Shown: positions 1-13,875, counted from the stretch's first letter. The stretch is DNA of 64,000 nt from Chrysomallon squamiferum (GCA_012295275.1 CM022672.1:12090001-12154000), one strand, 5' to 3'. Notes: a model not told the origin generated them from the letters alone. A program made the numbers and translations.

Positions 1-196
1 CATATTCATTCCTGACTACGTACCTATAAATGGATAGTAACATAGATACCAACACACGCACGCACTCGCACACATATGTATACATAGGCCTATATATAAT
101 TCATATATACATTTTTAAATAGATAAACATACGTATCTCCGTATGTACATACACACAGATATTTTATGATTTATATACCGGTGAATATGTCCTTAC

Positions 197-447
197 GTGC
201 TTTGTTGCCTGTAACCCTTATTCAGATTATGCAGATGAAAAACGAGTGTATTTTAAAAGTGTGAGTTGAAGAATGTATACTATAGTAATTGCCTATAGTT
301 TTAAAAAGCCACTTTGTGAAACTGCAGTAACCAAATATTAATACAAACCGGTACTGTAGTGTACATTTTACCTTTTCGTTGTTTCTTTTCTTGTTCCTTT
401 TTTTTTTCTTTCTTTCTTTTTTTTTTTCGTTTCTTTTTTTTTTGTTT

Positions 448-479
<32 letters not shown>

Positions 480-670
480 GGTGTGATTTGCTTGTTGTTT
501 TTGTATTACATATTAATTTAGTTGTACATTTTTTTCGCGTAAATCTTACTGAATTACTGCGTCGTTCCTCTGTATCTGTGGTTTGAGTTCGTGTCAGTTT
601 CAGGTCGTTGTCATACTTATCTGATTTGTAGTGCAAGCGTTTTTACAGGTCAAAATGAACTATTCAGCGG
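197..670 (-). other. Possible non-coding first exon of a gene extending left of the window
   Basis: Donor CAC|GTAAGG at 197/196, with CpG-enriched promoter-like sequence at about 540-1350. Confidence 0.25.
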
Positions 671-1428
671 TGTTTTTTTTTTTTTTAATAAGAAGAAGAA
701 AAAGAAAAAATATTAATAATTTAAAAGTAAAATCAAATCTAAATAAAAATAAAAATAAAAATAAAAAAAAAAAATAAAAACACAAAAAAGTTTTTTTTGT
801 TTTTATTTTATTTTACCCCCCAAAAACAGCTAAAATAAAAAATAATGGAGTAGAATATTTGAATAACTGTAACAGTAGTAATAATAAAGTGTAACTAATA
901 CATATATCAGTGTGTGAGCTATTTGTTAATAATGATTACGTAAAAGGCATGTGTAGCAGCCAGAAAACAACCCTGCCCCCTGGTAGTTCTCCACTGCGTC
1001 AATCTAAACTGCTTAGGGCCGCAAAAATAAAAGGGATTCTAATATTAAAGTTTAGTTAACGTAGTTTTATTCTGTTATTGATTTATTTAATTTATACCAT
1101 TATTATTATTATTATTATTATCAACCTGGCGGCCTTTTGCACGTGAAAAACGCCCCTGTACGTTAATATAACCTTTGAGCTTAACGAAGATGCCATACGA
1201 TCTTATTATCAGAGCTTTTAGTAATTTCCTAAACAGAAGAAAGACTTTCATACCTCTCTATCCATTAAAACAAATCAGCCGTCGCCGAGTTCACGACCAA
1301 ATGTAACCAGTTTTTAAAAACGTATCCACTGAGAAATCGGCAATAAAGTTGTATGAGTTGGTGTATTAACTAAATCAACTATGAACTATGTGAAGTTAAC
1401 TAAAATTATTATTATTTTTATTTTGCTA

Positions 1429-1459
<31 letters not shown>

Positions 1460-1581
1460 ATGCGCTGCTTTATTTTTCTTTTCTACTGTCTCTGAAATTA
1501 TTTCTAATGCTTTCCCATTCCTTTAACCAAAATATGTACCAAGTCAGAAAAGAAAAGACAAATTACTGACAACTATTACAT

Positions 1582-1587
1582 TTTATT
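1582..1587 (-). terminator. Candidate distal polyadenylation signal (AATAAA) of KLHL20
   Basis: TTTATT on the plus strand at the boundary between the long AT-rich 3'-UTR-like region and the CpG-richer region below about 1350. Many alternative AATAAA hexamers exist. Confidence 0.3.
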
Positions 1588-2489
1588 TACTTTATACAAA
1601 TAGATGTTTACAGTTAAGAAAGTATAACAAAACTATACAAAAAATTCCTTAAAATTTATTCAACATTGTAAACTGACCAAGTTGGCAAATAATGAGACAT
1701 TCATACAAATGTTTCCAAATAAATAAATAAATAAGTAAATAAATAAACAAATAAAACAAAGTAACAATATAAAATATACTACATACATTAGTCAAAATTT
1801 AATATTTCATTTAATGTTTTTTTTTTTTTTTTTCTTAAATTTTCCAGAACTTATGAAGCTGGATAACTTGGAGTTAAAAATAATTTCCAGTTTTTATGTT
1901 TAGAAAATGTTTTTTTTTTTAAAAAGAAGAAAAATATATTGATTTGTTAATTATGTCTGAAACAACAGGTTAAGAGAGAATGAGAAAAAATAACATTCTG
2001 TGTAACAGAGCCATACACCACTTAAATATTTTCAGCGCTAATTGTTTAAATCATGATTAAAATACAGAAGCATTCTTTCTATACTGGCATACAACCAACA
2101 GTGGGAGATTCACAAAAGGAAATTTAACCAATACAAAATGTATAAAACAAAACTGACAATACAAGATAATGATAATAAATAAAGTTTATACACATACAGA
2201 TTACAAATACAGCCCTCTAATTATCAGTGAAAGAGGTGCAGTGAAGTAATATTAATTAATATACATATTATACATTTTTTTTTTATACAATACAAACATA
2301 CATACAATGGGTGGTAAAATATTAACATGGACAAAAGTTTAACCTCATAGACAGTTAACTTCAGAATATATAACCATTAAATTTGTATTACAAATTCTTA
2401 GTGTCAAATATATACTGGCTTTTTTGTACTGCACATTTTTATCACTTTATACAGGATTTAATTTTTTTTTTTTTTTAACATACTATACA

Positions 2490-2880
2490 TAAAGGTATCC
2501 CATCTCTAACTGAATATGTATAGAAATGATATCACATTGCTAAATGGTATCCACCTCTAAACAAACATGGACAGAAAGTCTTCTCATCTCTAACAAGACT
2601 GTACATAAAAGATATACATATCTACATATCAGTACAGAAAATGAGTAGAAAAGATATCCCAGTTGTTCATATAAATTTAGAGAACAGATATTCCAGTTTC
2701 ACATGTATTGGTATCCCTGTTATACATTTATCTGTATAGAAAATACATCACCAATTATATCTGTGTAGAAAAGATATGCCAGTTCCACATGTATCACATT
2801 TCTACACATATCTGTTTAGAAAAGATATCCCATTTGTACATTTATCTGTATAGAAGCTGTAAAGAAAATTATATTCCATT
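2490..2880. repeat. Degenerate minisatellite (about 33-bp unit) in the putative KLHL20 3' UTR
   Basis: Recurring TACATTTATCTGTATAGAAAAGATATCCCA-like units. Confidence 0.7.
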
Positions 2881-3938
2881 TCTAAAGACAGTTCTTTTTC
2901 ACTATAAATCAGACTAAATTGTTTATTATTGCTTATTATTTGTCAGAAGCTATTGCCTTTCCCAAAATGCTTTAAGCAAAATGTACATTTATCAGTACCA
3001 TTATAACATTATAGAATACATTTTTGCATATCATATGCCTAGACATTTAACATTTAAAAAAAATAATAACTATAATAATAAAAATAAATAAATAAATAAA
3101 ATAAAATGAATGAATGAATATATGAATGAATGAATAAATAAAATAAAATTTCCTTAATTAAATAAACTTTAAAAAAAAAAAAAAAAATGTTTAAATAAGT
3201 TTAAAGTATTTTTATACTGTAATTTCTTGAAATACCTACAACACAGATGATGTATAAAAATAAAGTGAGTGATCTGTTATCCCACTAGATTTTACATTTT
3301 CTACAAATTTGAATTTTTCACAGTATTTTGAAATTAGTATAAAATTGTTATCTAATATAAAAATATATTTCTGAACCTGCACTTAAACAGCAACATCAAT
3401 TAAATGGTACTAGGAGATTTTCTTTTAATTTTTTACTGTTGAACTCCAATTTAGTTTTCTAACAATATTTTCACAAACATCCGTTCAGGCAAATTAACAA
3501 TTTAAAAAAATGTATATAGAAAGTAAACATGATGAACAAAATTATTTGCAAAGAGTAATTAACTTTAAAAAAAAAAAAAAAAAAAAATATCTGCTCAGGA
3601 TTTTGTCATCTCATTAATTATGATCTAAACTTTCCTCTGTTTACAGAAATTTTCTGAACCAAAGAAATAATAAAAATATTCAGATTGAAAAATCTTAATG
3701 TATTAAAACTAGTGGTACTATTTTTATTTAACAAAAAAAAATATATAATATAATAAAATAAAATAAAATAAAATAAATGTTTGTAAACTTTTATATTTAA
3801 TGCTGCTTACTTTGAATGTTAAAGATCTTGACATTATGTTTTACTGTATAAGAACATAAAATGTCATTTTTAAATGCAGGAAATACTTATGTATTATTTA
3901 TATATTTTTTTTTCAGTTTGTTTTTCAATTTGTTTTGG

Positions 3939-5040
3939 TTAACACAGATGTGAATCATTCTGGGGCATTTTAACAACCCCGACCCCACCCCCTAGTCTTC
4001 TGTAGTTCATCCCTCCTACTATTCTCCAGCAGTTTTGTTCAGGATCGTAAATTTCCACTGTTTTGAGATATGTTGTTCCATCAAAGCCTCCAATAGCCAT
4101 CAGCTGACCATTAACCACAGTCAAGCCAACCTACAAATCAAAAAAATTACTTATATATATATATTATTATTATTATTTCAGTTATGCTTAGCCTGTGCTA
4201 TATCATCAGTGACACTATGGAAGAGACAATTTTAGCAGTCATACATAATACATCAAGTCACAACATGATAACAGTTCAAATTTGTTTTCATTGAATAGCA
4301 ATATCCATCCTGGTAATGAAGCAGTTAAAATTATTAGAAATTTCACAACTGAAGACTAATTTACCAAGAACTGATATTCACAGACTTGTACACCAAATAG
4401 AATTTAAAACTATATGTACAAAATTCAGATAAGCAACAAAAAAAAAAAATAATAATAATTATAATAATAAAAAAATAAACTGACATGGGAATCGTTAAAT
4501 AATTTTAATATATATATATATACATACACCACTTCTTCTAGATGTCATAGCAACAACAGGTTGCCATGTATTAGTCTGTGGGTTGTACCGCTCTGCACTG
4601 CTCAGTTCTGTTGTGTCATCCCTCCCACCCACAGCATAAATCATGTTGTTGTACACAGCCACTCCTAGGTGTTTCCTCCGTGTCCCCATCGGAGCAACAG
4701 GAGCCCAACGATTACTTCTCGGATCATATCGTTCAACTGCAATATAACCACATGGATTTTTTATTTGAAAAATAAAATAAAATAAAATAAAATAAAATAA
4801 CAGTTTTCCAGTTTGATTAGTAGTTATTATTTAATTATTCACTAACACTGAAAACCATTTGAAAAATAGCTGTCAATGTATTTTTTTAAATTATAAATTT
4901 TATATGTGATTTGCTGGAATTCTGCAATTCTTAACTGTAGAGAGAATCCAGACAGATTTAAAAAATTCATTATGCTATTAAATAAAAATAAAAACATAAA
5001 TACAAACAAAGGATGTCCATCTCAGTGCATATCAATTAGA

Positions 5041-5071
<31 letters not shown>

Positions 5072-8000
5072 TCAATAATATTAGTTTTTACAAACCACTG
5101 TTTAAAGGACAGGTGCCATCACTCCCACCTACAGCATAAAGAAAGCCCCCCAGGACAGCCACACCCACACCCAGTCTTCTAGTACTCATTGAAGCCACTT
5201 TTGTCCACTTGTTTGTTTGAGGATCATATCTGTTTAAATAGAATCATTATATTTATTCTGCTGTTGTGAACATTTTAAGTAATGACAAAAATCAAAATAT
5301 AGAATTAAAAATGGTTATATAATTATCAAATCTTTAATGTAGTTTTTAATCATAAATTACTTTTACAATAATGCTAATAGTTAGCAATAAATAAAGTTTA
5401 AAGTAAACTGGTTAATTTTACAAAAAGTATTAAGAAAAAAAAAATACCATAAAAAAAAAAAATAATAATAAGAGAAAAATATTTTTATATCTTCTGTATC
5501 AGCATTTCTTTAATAAAAGTTATTTAACACATATTTTCTTAAATCAATAATAATGGAATGATTTAATAACTTCTGTAACTATGAACAGTGCAGAAAATAC
5601 TCCAATCTGGAAAAAAGCTGTCACTGGAAATCTAACTTTTGATAACCTAGTTCAATGATTCTATTAACTTTTACAAGATTTATTAACCATATATGATTTA
5701 AAGAAGTTTTTTTTTTTTTTTTTTTTTTTTTATAACTCATGTCTTCAATATTTTTACACCTTTAATTGACACAATGTAAAACAAACCTTTCAACGTAATT
5801 GAGACAAGACACACCATCTTGACCACCAACTGCATACAGGAACTCTCCAAGCACAGCTACACCAACGCTGGTTCGACAAGAACTAGTGGGAGCAACGTCG
5901 CTGCTCCACTGATTTGTGTGAGGGTCATACCTTAACAACAACAACAAAATATTAAAACTATTATAATAAACAAAATAAAATACTGGATTATTAATAACTA
6001 TTCATTTATTTGTGTGAGGGTCATACCTTAATGACAGAAAAAATAAAACAATAATAATATCACAATAAATAAAATGATCCACTGAATGTATTAATAAATA
6101 TTCGTTTATTTGTTTGAGGGTCTTACCTTAATAACAATAAAAACAATAATAATATCACTATAATAAATAAAATGAAATACTGAATTAATAATAAATATTC
6201 ATCAGAGATAAATAAGAAATTTTAATATTTGTAATATAAAATAAAGCAACAACAGACTATTTATTTTCACAGAATTAACGATATATAAAAGAACATTTAT
6301 AGTGACAGATGTAGCATAAAAAGGGATCACAAAACAAAATTCTAAAATACTTCTTTATAAGAAATAAAACAGCTGTTTATATCATTATTCATTTTCAAAG
6401 AATTAATTAAACATCAAAATGCATAAAATGGTTGCTCTGGCCTTATTCTTACACACACATCTGAACTGTATTAAGACATATCTAACCTTTCAATACTGTT
6501 TAAATATGATTGTCCATCATGACCTCCAACTGCGTAAAGAAGATCATTTAATACAGCTACGCCAACACCACATCGACGTTTGCTCATGGGAGACACAAGA
6601 CGCCATTCGTTGGTTTGTGGATCGTACTTCTCAACACTCGAAATAGCATCACCACTGCACCAACCTCCCACTGTCAAATTTAAAATCAACGACTAGTACA
6701 AGACAATATCACTTTTAAATAGCATATTAACCACCTGTCATAGCATCTGTTTTCTTTTGAGTCATTAAATATTATAGATATTTGTTTTATGGTACTGAAG
6801 CATAATACTGAAATGAAATATAAATTATAATAGCATGGGAAATGTGTATTATTTTCAGTTCAGGACCTCTTTTATTCTTTTTTATTTTTATTTTAAATAG
6901 ATAAAATAACTGACTATTTTTTCAAAATTCTGAAATTTAAATATCTTTTTGACAAAGGTTATGAAGATAATCAACACACCCGCAAACAACACTTCACCAC
7001 ACTTGATTGGCTTTCTGGGTCGTGTTCTTGGGCCTTGCATGAGTGGGCGTTCCTGTGGCAGGAGCAGATAATTTTTGGCTTCATCGACAAGATCTCTGCA
7101 TGCTTCGTCGCTTTTTATGAGAAGGTCAGATCCAACTGTTCCTACGAGAAACTTGGGACTCATCAGTGGAAGTCTGACATGCTGGATAACCTAGAATAAA
7201 ACTTCTAGTATAAACAATAACGTTTATATTTTAATTTAAAGTTATATTAGTAAAAAAATTCAAACCAAAAAGTGTATACAATGTTACAAATTTGCAAACC
7301 TATTATGACTAGGATACACTTATAAATAAAAAGGTCAGAATATGATCAACAAATTAAATTAGATGAGTATGTCATTCTTAAAGTTAAAGATATCTTAGAA
7401 CTCAGAAGATACATTTTTATTCTGAGTTAAAGCTTAAATTATAAATACATTATTTCACCAGCATAATCATTATGATAATGCATAGAGACAAGTTTTATAA
7501 AAATAAGACAGACTTTTAATAAATGTAATAAAAAAACAAAAACATCCTAATGATATACATACATTTATAATCTATTTAAATATTTTGAAAGCATTAATTT
7601 TACATGCTGCCATTTTTCTGTTTTACACAGTAACTATCAGGATGCATCATCTTTATTCCTCATCAATGTTTAATTATTATCTCTCAGTTTCACTATGTAA
7701 ATTTTGAAATGTGATCCATTACAACAAGAAAATGCTAAGCTCTCACTGTAGGCAAATGATTCCTTCTTTCTTGAATGTTGTATTTGACCCATCCCATGCA
7801 GGCACTGTAAACTTGTTCTTCACTGCGAACATTGAGTTCATCGCTTGAGATGATGTCCACCAACTGATTTACTGGAAGCAACATGAATTCCTCACTCTCC
7901 ATCACCTATGAATAAACGAATACATTTTTGTTTTAATGACCCACTATTTCATAATGAACTCTTACAAATGACAGAAGAAATTTTGTGGAAAAGAAGCAAT

Positions 8001-9023
8001 ATATTTAAAATACTATTACAAAATAGCATCAAGGTGACTTGTACTATAATATTATATTTATAATATTACCAGCCAGTTTATACTGTTATCAACATCTATC
8101 TTATAGATAAATTATTACCAGTTGGCAGACAGCTATGTTATACTTGTTATTGTAAAACTACTGGCTATCTTATATTTATACTATTAGCTGTTGGTAGATA
8201 GCTATCTTACAGTTTCACTATTACCAACTGGCAATAGCTATGTTATATTCATACTGAGTAAAAACCTATCTTGTATCTTATGTCATGCACCAGTAAGATA
8301 CCTTACAAATATATATATATATATATATATAAGCTTAAGCCTATTCTTCCCTGTTAATATAACAACCGTGTTAATTAATTAATAAATCACTAAACACTTA
8401 TTAACAAGATAAGACATTAAGTTCATAATTCTTCATTTTTTTTCTCCCAAAACACCACACACCTCTTGAAAATTGTGCTGTGTGAATTTGTCTGCAATTC
8501 TTAACAGGTCGCGACAGGCGTGAGTGTCAGCAAAGGCACGGATGCCTAAGCAGTTGGACGGATCAAGTTGTCGCTTCAGGAACTCGCAGCAGACGTCCTG
8601 AATCTCTGCCAGCTGAAGCAAACAGGCTGCCGGCAGCAGAGTCTGCACGTTGCCTTCTTCCACTGTTATGTTGGACGTATAACAAAAGTCAATGAGCAGT
8701 TCCATGGCCGTTTCATCGATGTCTCGGATCGTCACTTCGGTCTGTCTCGACTCTGCAAGCTCCCCAGTAAACATAGCATGGAAGTAGGGGCTGCACGCCG
8801 ACAGAATCACTCTGTGTGCGAATATCTTTGTCTGTCCCACGATGAGAACAACATCGCAGAGTTCTCTGTGTTTGCGCAAAACGTTTATGGCTTCGAGGGT
8901 GTGGCGGGGATGTTTGTCGGACGTGTAGGCCAACCTGGCTGGCGACGGTGGCCTGTCCATTGCAGTCTCAAAACGATTCATGGCAATTTGGTGACTAGCT
9001 TGTTTCAGCAGATCTGTAGACAT
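3939..9023 (-). CDS. KLHL20: Kelch-like protein 20 (BTB-BACK-6xKelch CUL3 substrate adaptor; Drosophila diablo orthologue), 8 coding exons, about 597 aa
   Basis: Exons (minus): 8463-9023, 7747-7905, 6980-7190, 6487-6670, 5787-5930, 5096-5229, 4528-4736, 3939-4130. All introns are GT-AG with consistent phases; total 1794 nt. The translation has [26 protein letters not shown]...[26 protein letters not shown], six Kelch repeats and a C-terminal [12 protein letters not shown], near-identical to vertebrate KLHL20 as recalled. The start ATG at 9023 is the first in-frame ATG after the acceptor at 9027. Confidence 0.96.
5910..6200 (-). repeat. Tandem repeat (period 96-100 bp, 3 copies) duplicating a KLHL20 acceptor plus exon start
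   Basis: ATTTGTGTGAGGGTCATACCTTAA recurs at about 5912, 6008 and 6108. Confidence 0.88.
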
Positions 9024-9772
9024 TTTCTGGAATAACACAAACATAATCTCATACATCAATTACTGAAAATTTCTGATATTAGTATTTCCTATTTATCATA
9101 ATGAACTTGGATCAGTCTCCGTTTTGTTAATTGTAAGTACATTGTAAAAATAATTTTTCACATTAAATGTTTGTCAACAAGAATCTGAAACAAATACTGA
9201 AGTTGTAAATTTGTTTTCTAAACATTTAAAAGTAATCATTTGGAAATCATTAGAATGTAATCAAATTAATTTTACTATTTAGTATTTATCATTTATTGTC
9301 AAAAACATTTTTTTAATATTATGTTATCTTTACTTTTACATGCAGATATTTCAGTACTGTATGAAGTTTTTGCAAACAGAAGAGTGAGTCTTGCGAAATA
9401 AACTGACATCATCCTTATTAAGCTAAATTAATTTTTACTGTGCATGTTTTGGTCAGGACTGCGTTATCATTGGTGGTTTTTTTTTAGTGTATGTTCTAGC
9501 TTGCATTTTACCAATTATTCACTGACAGTACTGTTAAAATTATACGTGTAATTCTACCCATTTTGTCGTCAGGTTTCAATTTGTAATTTAATAAAAGCGT
9601 CGTGGAATGTTTGTGACATATGACAAGTTTCAAAGATAAACAGTCATAGGCTACGACGAAATCAAGTGGATTTTGTTATAGTAGAAAATACATTAATGGT
9701 ATGAAATTTTTATATTATACAGATCAATTTAAAAATCTGAAAATAAAAGGAAAATAACAATAATTAGCTTAC

Positions 9773-9840
9773 CAAAATCTTTAAAGGACAGTGGTAGCGA
9801 AACGACAAGGAAGCTCTGGCAGTCTGAGTTTGTTTTTTGT
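9773..9840 (-). other. KLHL20: Probable non-coding 5' exon of KLHL20 (upstream boundary uncertain)
   Basis: Strong donor TTG|GTAAGC at 9773/9772, locally higher GC, and an acceptor TTCCAG 3 nt before the ATG that needs an upstream exon. Confidence 0.55.
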
Positions 9841-10569
9841 TGATATTGTTGTTGTTATTGTTTTCACTTTATGAATGTGACATTGAAGTATTTAGAAAAT
9901 TAATAGCACATGTAAAACGACTACATGTCTTAATACTAATTACAATTAAGAAAAGAACCCCCAAATCAGTTAATTTGAAGAATTTTTTCATGAGAACACT
10001 TCCTGTCAAAACGAAAGACTCATTTCTGGCAATAGCTGTAAAAACAAAATGTGTTATCGTAAAACGAAATTGGGCAAACGAAATTAGATAAACAGCAGTT
10101 TAGATAAGAATTAATGAAATTACCAAATTCATTGATAACAACGACAACAGTAATAATGTTTTAATTTGAAGGCGTGATAGTTTATATTTAGCTCTTTTTT
10201 TAATCTATTATTTACATCATTTTATTCATCAGTCAAGAATAATTAAATTACAAAAACTTTTCTTAGGAAATAGCAACATTTGTTGTATCATTTGAACTAA
10301 TTAAAGCACTGTACTGTTGTAAAACTGTTGTATCTGAAATGCGGCCGTGACTCTTTAATATACCAATTATAGTTTTGCAAAAATGTTTTATACCTTCTAT
10401 ATTATTTCGAGGGGGAATACATAGATACTTAAATAAAACTTTCTTTTACAAAAATCTAAAGTATATTTTATGAAATTATTATGTGTTTGGTTTACACTGA
10501 AAAAAAAAGAAGATGAAAGGGGAAAATATATTTTATTATATATACCAGAAATAGCTTTGTAATGAAAAG

Positions 10570-10635
10570 TGGCAACATTAGCCAATGAAATTGGCGTTTA
10601 CAAAACGACCACGGCGTTATTTGTTTGGGAGCAAC
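10570..10635. promoter_or_regulatory. Candidate bidirectional promoter core between KLHL20 and ANKRD45, with an inverted CCAAT pair
   Basis: GCCAAT-gaa-ATTGGC perfect inverted repeat at 10581-10595, local CpG enrichment, about 100 nt upstream of the ANKRD45 ATG. Confidence 0.45.
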
Positions 10636-10696
10636 GGAGTAATATTGTTGCACTTTCAATTTGTTAATGTTGTTGATACAAATGTGAAATAAAAAG

Positions 10697-12643
10697 ATGG
10701 CACAAGAAACGGAAGTTGCAGAAGAAGAAGAGAAAGAGGTTTTACTCCCAAATACAAATATTATTACACACTGTATTTACAAAAATGACTTAGTAAGGTT
10801 TTTGGATTGTTTTGAAAACGATGAAGACCCTTATAAAGATGTCATTCAAGATCTGTTGAATGAAAGAGACGAAGATGGTAAATCGGCACTAGACATTGCA
10901 GCGATTTTAGGAAGAATTGATTTAGCAAGAGAACTTTTAAACAGAGGATTTATACTCGACAATACAGCGGAAAAAGGTATTCTTTTTCAGGGCTTTTTAA
11001 TCAAAAAGAATTATTGCACAAAGCATGTAAAATATATATATATATATATATATACATATATTATAAAATATTAAAACAGATACACAAAGATGCATGACAT
11101 TTTTATTTAAATTGTTTTCTTTTTCAAAAACTTGTATCCCAGAGACAAACAAAATCATACATACTATTAATGTAATATAATTTTTATTTTATTTTTATAA
11201 TCATTTTCAGTGATGTATTATCATTATTAATACTATTTTATTAAATGTTCATTTATATTTTCTCCTGTGTCATTATAGGTTACACTCCTTGGCATTATGC
11301 TGCTGCTTGGGGTCAAGTTGGTATTCTAAAGGTTTTGTTTGATTTTAATGCCAACTTTCAAAAGAAGAATATCTTTGGTGAAAGAGCAAGAGAAACTGCA
11401 TTAAGATACAGCAAGGCAGAATGTGTGGACTATCTTGATTGGGCTGGTAAATTGGATACAATATTACATTTAATACACTTTAGCCTCAGTTATACATTAA
11501 TTTTATGAATTATGTGTAGATTTAATTAAATATGAATATATTAATTTTATTAAAAATTTAGTTATGTTCGCTTTTATTTATTTATTTACTTATTGTTGTT
11601 TTATTTTGACACGTCTTTTTGGTTGATTGATTTATTGATTTATTTATATTATTTCTTTTCTGACAGAGGCAAAAGTGAATCTTATGGAATTGACTAGATC
11701 TGTACTTGAAATTGTGACAGATCCATCTAAAACACAGGGAGTTATTTCTAAAGAAGAAAAGGTGACCTGATTTTATTTTTAATTCTTCATTTTCTTTTAT
11801 GTTTCTGTGTCTGTTTTATCTTTATATCATTATAACTTTTATTTATTTATTTACTTAATTTTTTTATTATTATTATTAATACTTTTATTTTTAATTTTTT
11901 GTAATATATTATAGATGAAAAAGAATTTATGTCTATGTAAAGGATAATTCTTAAACAAACTGATTCAGTATAAATATATTTCACTTTTGCCTTGAAATTT
12001 TACTTGTACGTGACACAAAACTAAATGTTTGTTTTCAGAACCTGGTTGTTAATGCATGCAAAGAAAAGAATGAATGGCTTGATTTTAATCCAGAAGCCAC
12101 CACCCAGGAGTTTATAAATCAGCATCATAATTTGACGGTGGTTATTTCACAAGTTCTGCAGAAAATCAACGATCCACGTCAGTATTTAATAATACCAAAA
12201 TTTAAAATAAATATTAAAACAATTCTGTTTCAGTGATGTTAACCATTGTTTGATAATAATTATCTAGGCATCAGTATTTAAAATTAAATTTAAAACTTTT
12301 GTATTTCAGTGATATAATAATTATGTTGGTGTAGCTGCCTTTGCATTTACAACCATATACATACATAGAAATCAGGATCACTAATTGCCTCTTTTTGGCA
12401 GTGTACATTTTCAAAAATCTATTATGGAATTAACACTGTCATAATAATAGTATGAATAAGGAAATTATAATTATCATTTATACAAATAAAGTTAGTGGTT
12501 TCCTGAACCATTCTTCATTACATTCAAATCTAAAAAAATCCACACCAAAACCCCGACTTTATTGCATTTATCATCATTTGTTGAATTTATTAATGTAATT
12601 ATTTATTTTGATTTTTGCAGCTGAGAAACCAGAAAAGAAGTAG
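10697..12643 (+). CDS. ANKRD45: Ankyrin repeat domain-containing protein 45, 5 coding exons, about 234 aa
   Basis: Exons (plus): 10697-10976, 11279-11446, 11667-11761, 12039-12177, 12621-12643; GT-AG, phases consistent, 705 nt. Motifs GYTPWHYAAAWGQ, GERARETALRYSKAECVDYLDWAEAK and NACKEKNEWL match recalled human ANKRD45 (GYTLLHCAAAWGR, ERARDVAARYSQTECVEFLDWADAR, SACRAKNEWL). Confidence 0.92.
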
Positions 12644-12660
12644 AGTGGAAGAGAAACAAT

Positions 12661-12666
12661 AATAAA
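12661..12666 (+). terminator. Candidate polyadenylation signal of ANKRD45
   Basis: AATAAA 17 nt after the TAG stop; another lies near 12788. Confidence 0.35.
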
Positions 12667-13826
12667 AACATTTGTCATGAAACAAAAATGTTAGAGAATG
12701 AATTCTCCATTCACCTGTATATATCATGGATCAGTTTCATTTTCTTTTTTTATACAAATTAAATAATAATAATAATAGATTTATAATAATAAAAATACAG
12801 AATTTTATATGGTTTCATGTTATTGTTTTTTTATAGTTAGAACTCAAGTTATACTAATAAACATTAATGTTGTTAATTTATGTTTAATATATTGTTAAAT
12901 ATTCAATCAGTTCTATGGAATAATTGAAAAAAAAAAAAGAAAAGAAGATGTAACAACCATGTGACTGATTAAGAAGAATATTATTAATCATTCAGTATTT
13001 ATTAATTTATCTTTCATTTTTAATATAAAATAATAATGATATAAAACCTGTATGAAATAATTAAATTGTCATTATTACTTTCGTATATTCATTGATTAAA
13101 TTAATCTTCATAGTAGACCTTAAGTTTCTACTTTATTAGGTTAAAAAAAATAGAAGAGGAATTAGAACATTAATAATCGTTGATTTGAAATTGTAAAATG
13201 GTATTCTATCAACTCTACACCTTGTGCCACTTCACAACAGGTTGTATATCAGAGTGACATTTCTTGCTTCAAATATGAAGTTACCAGACGAAATAGAGTT
13301 ATTTCCCATTCAAACAAGAGGGAAATTTAAAAAAAAAGTTTAAAGTGATATAAAAAAAAATAATAATAATACAAATGTTCTAAAGATTTTTAATGCAAGT
13401 GAAATCTGATGGAAAATATCAGCCATCATTCCATGTTAACTAACAAACTACATTTAATTTTTTACAGTTTGATCATGTTGTCAGATTATTTGACTATTTG
13501 TGATAGAAATATTCTTTGTCAGTTTTGATTAATAATGTCCAAATCAGTAAATTTTATATGGTCAGTAATAAGATAACCATCTCATGATGTCTTAAAAATA
13601 AATTTATAAACAATGAGAGAATAAGATAATTAAATAACAGTATTTTTTAAAGAAAATAATTAAGAAAAATAGATGAAAATAAATAAATAAATAATAAAAA
13701 AATAAAAATTTAGATTGTAACATGAAATGAGATTAAAAAATAAATAGAATAAAATATAAATAAAATAATAAACTAATAAAAAAAATAAACTGATAAGTTG
13801 AATAAAAAAAAATAAAATAAGAACAA

Positions 13827-13875
<49 letters not shown>

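Noticed and set aside
301-636. ORFs with poly-H/Q/K or poly-F/C/W runs
   Set aside because: Translation of a compound (T)n-(TTG)n-(TGG)n microsatellite; no domain or splice support.
8568-9035. 155-aa plus-strand ORF
   Set aside because: Antisense shadow of the GC-rich KLHL20 BTB exon.
9555-9565. ATGG|GTAGAA as an alternative coding first exon of KLHL20
   Set aside because: Splicing to 9026 puts this ATG out of frame with an early stop; at most a uORF, and the donor is weak.
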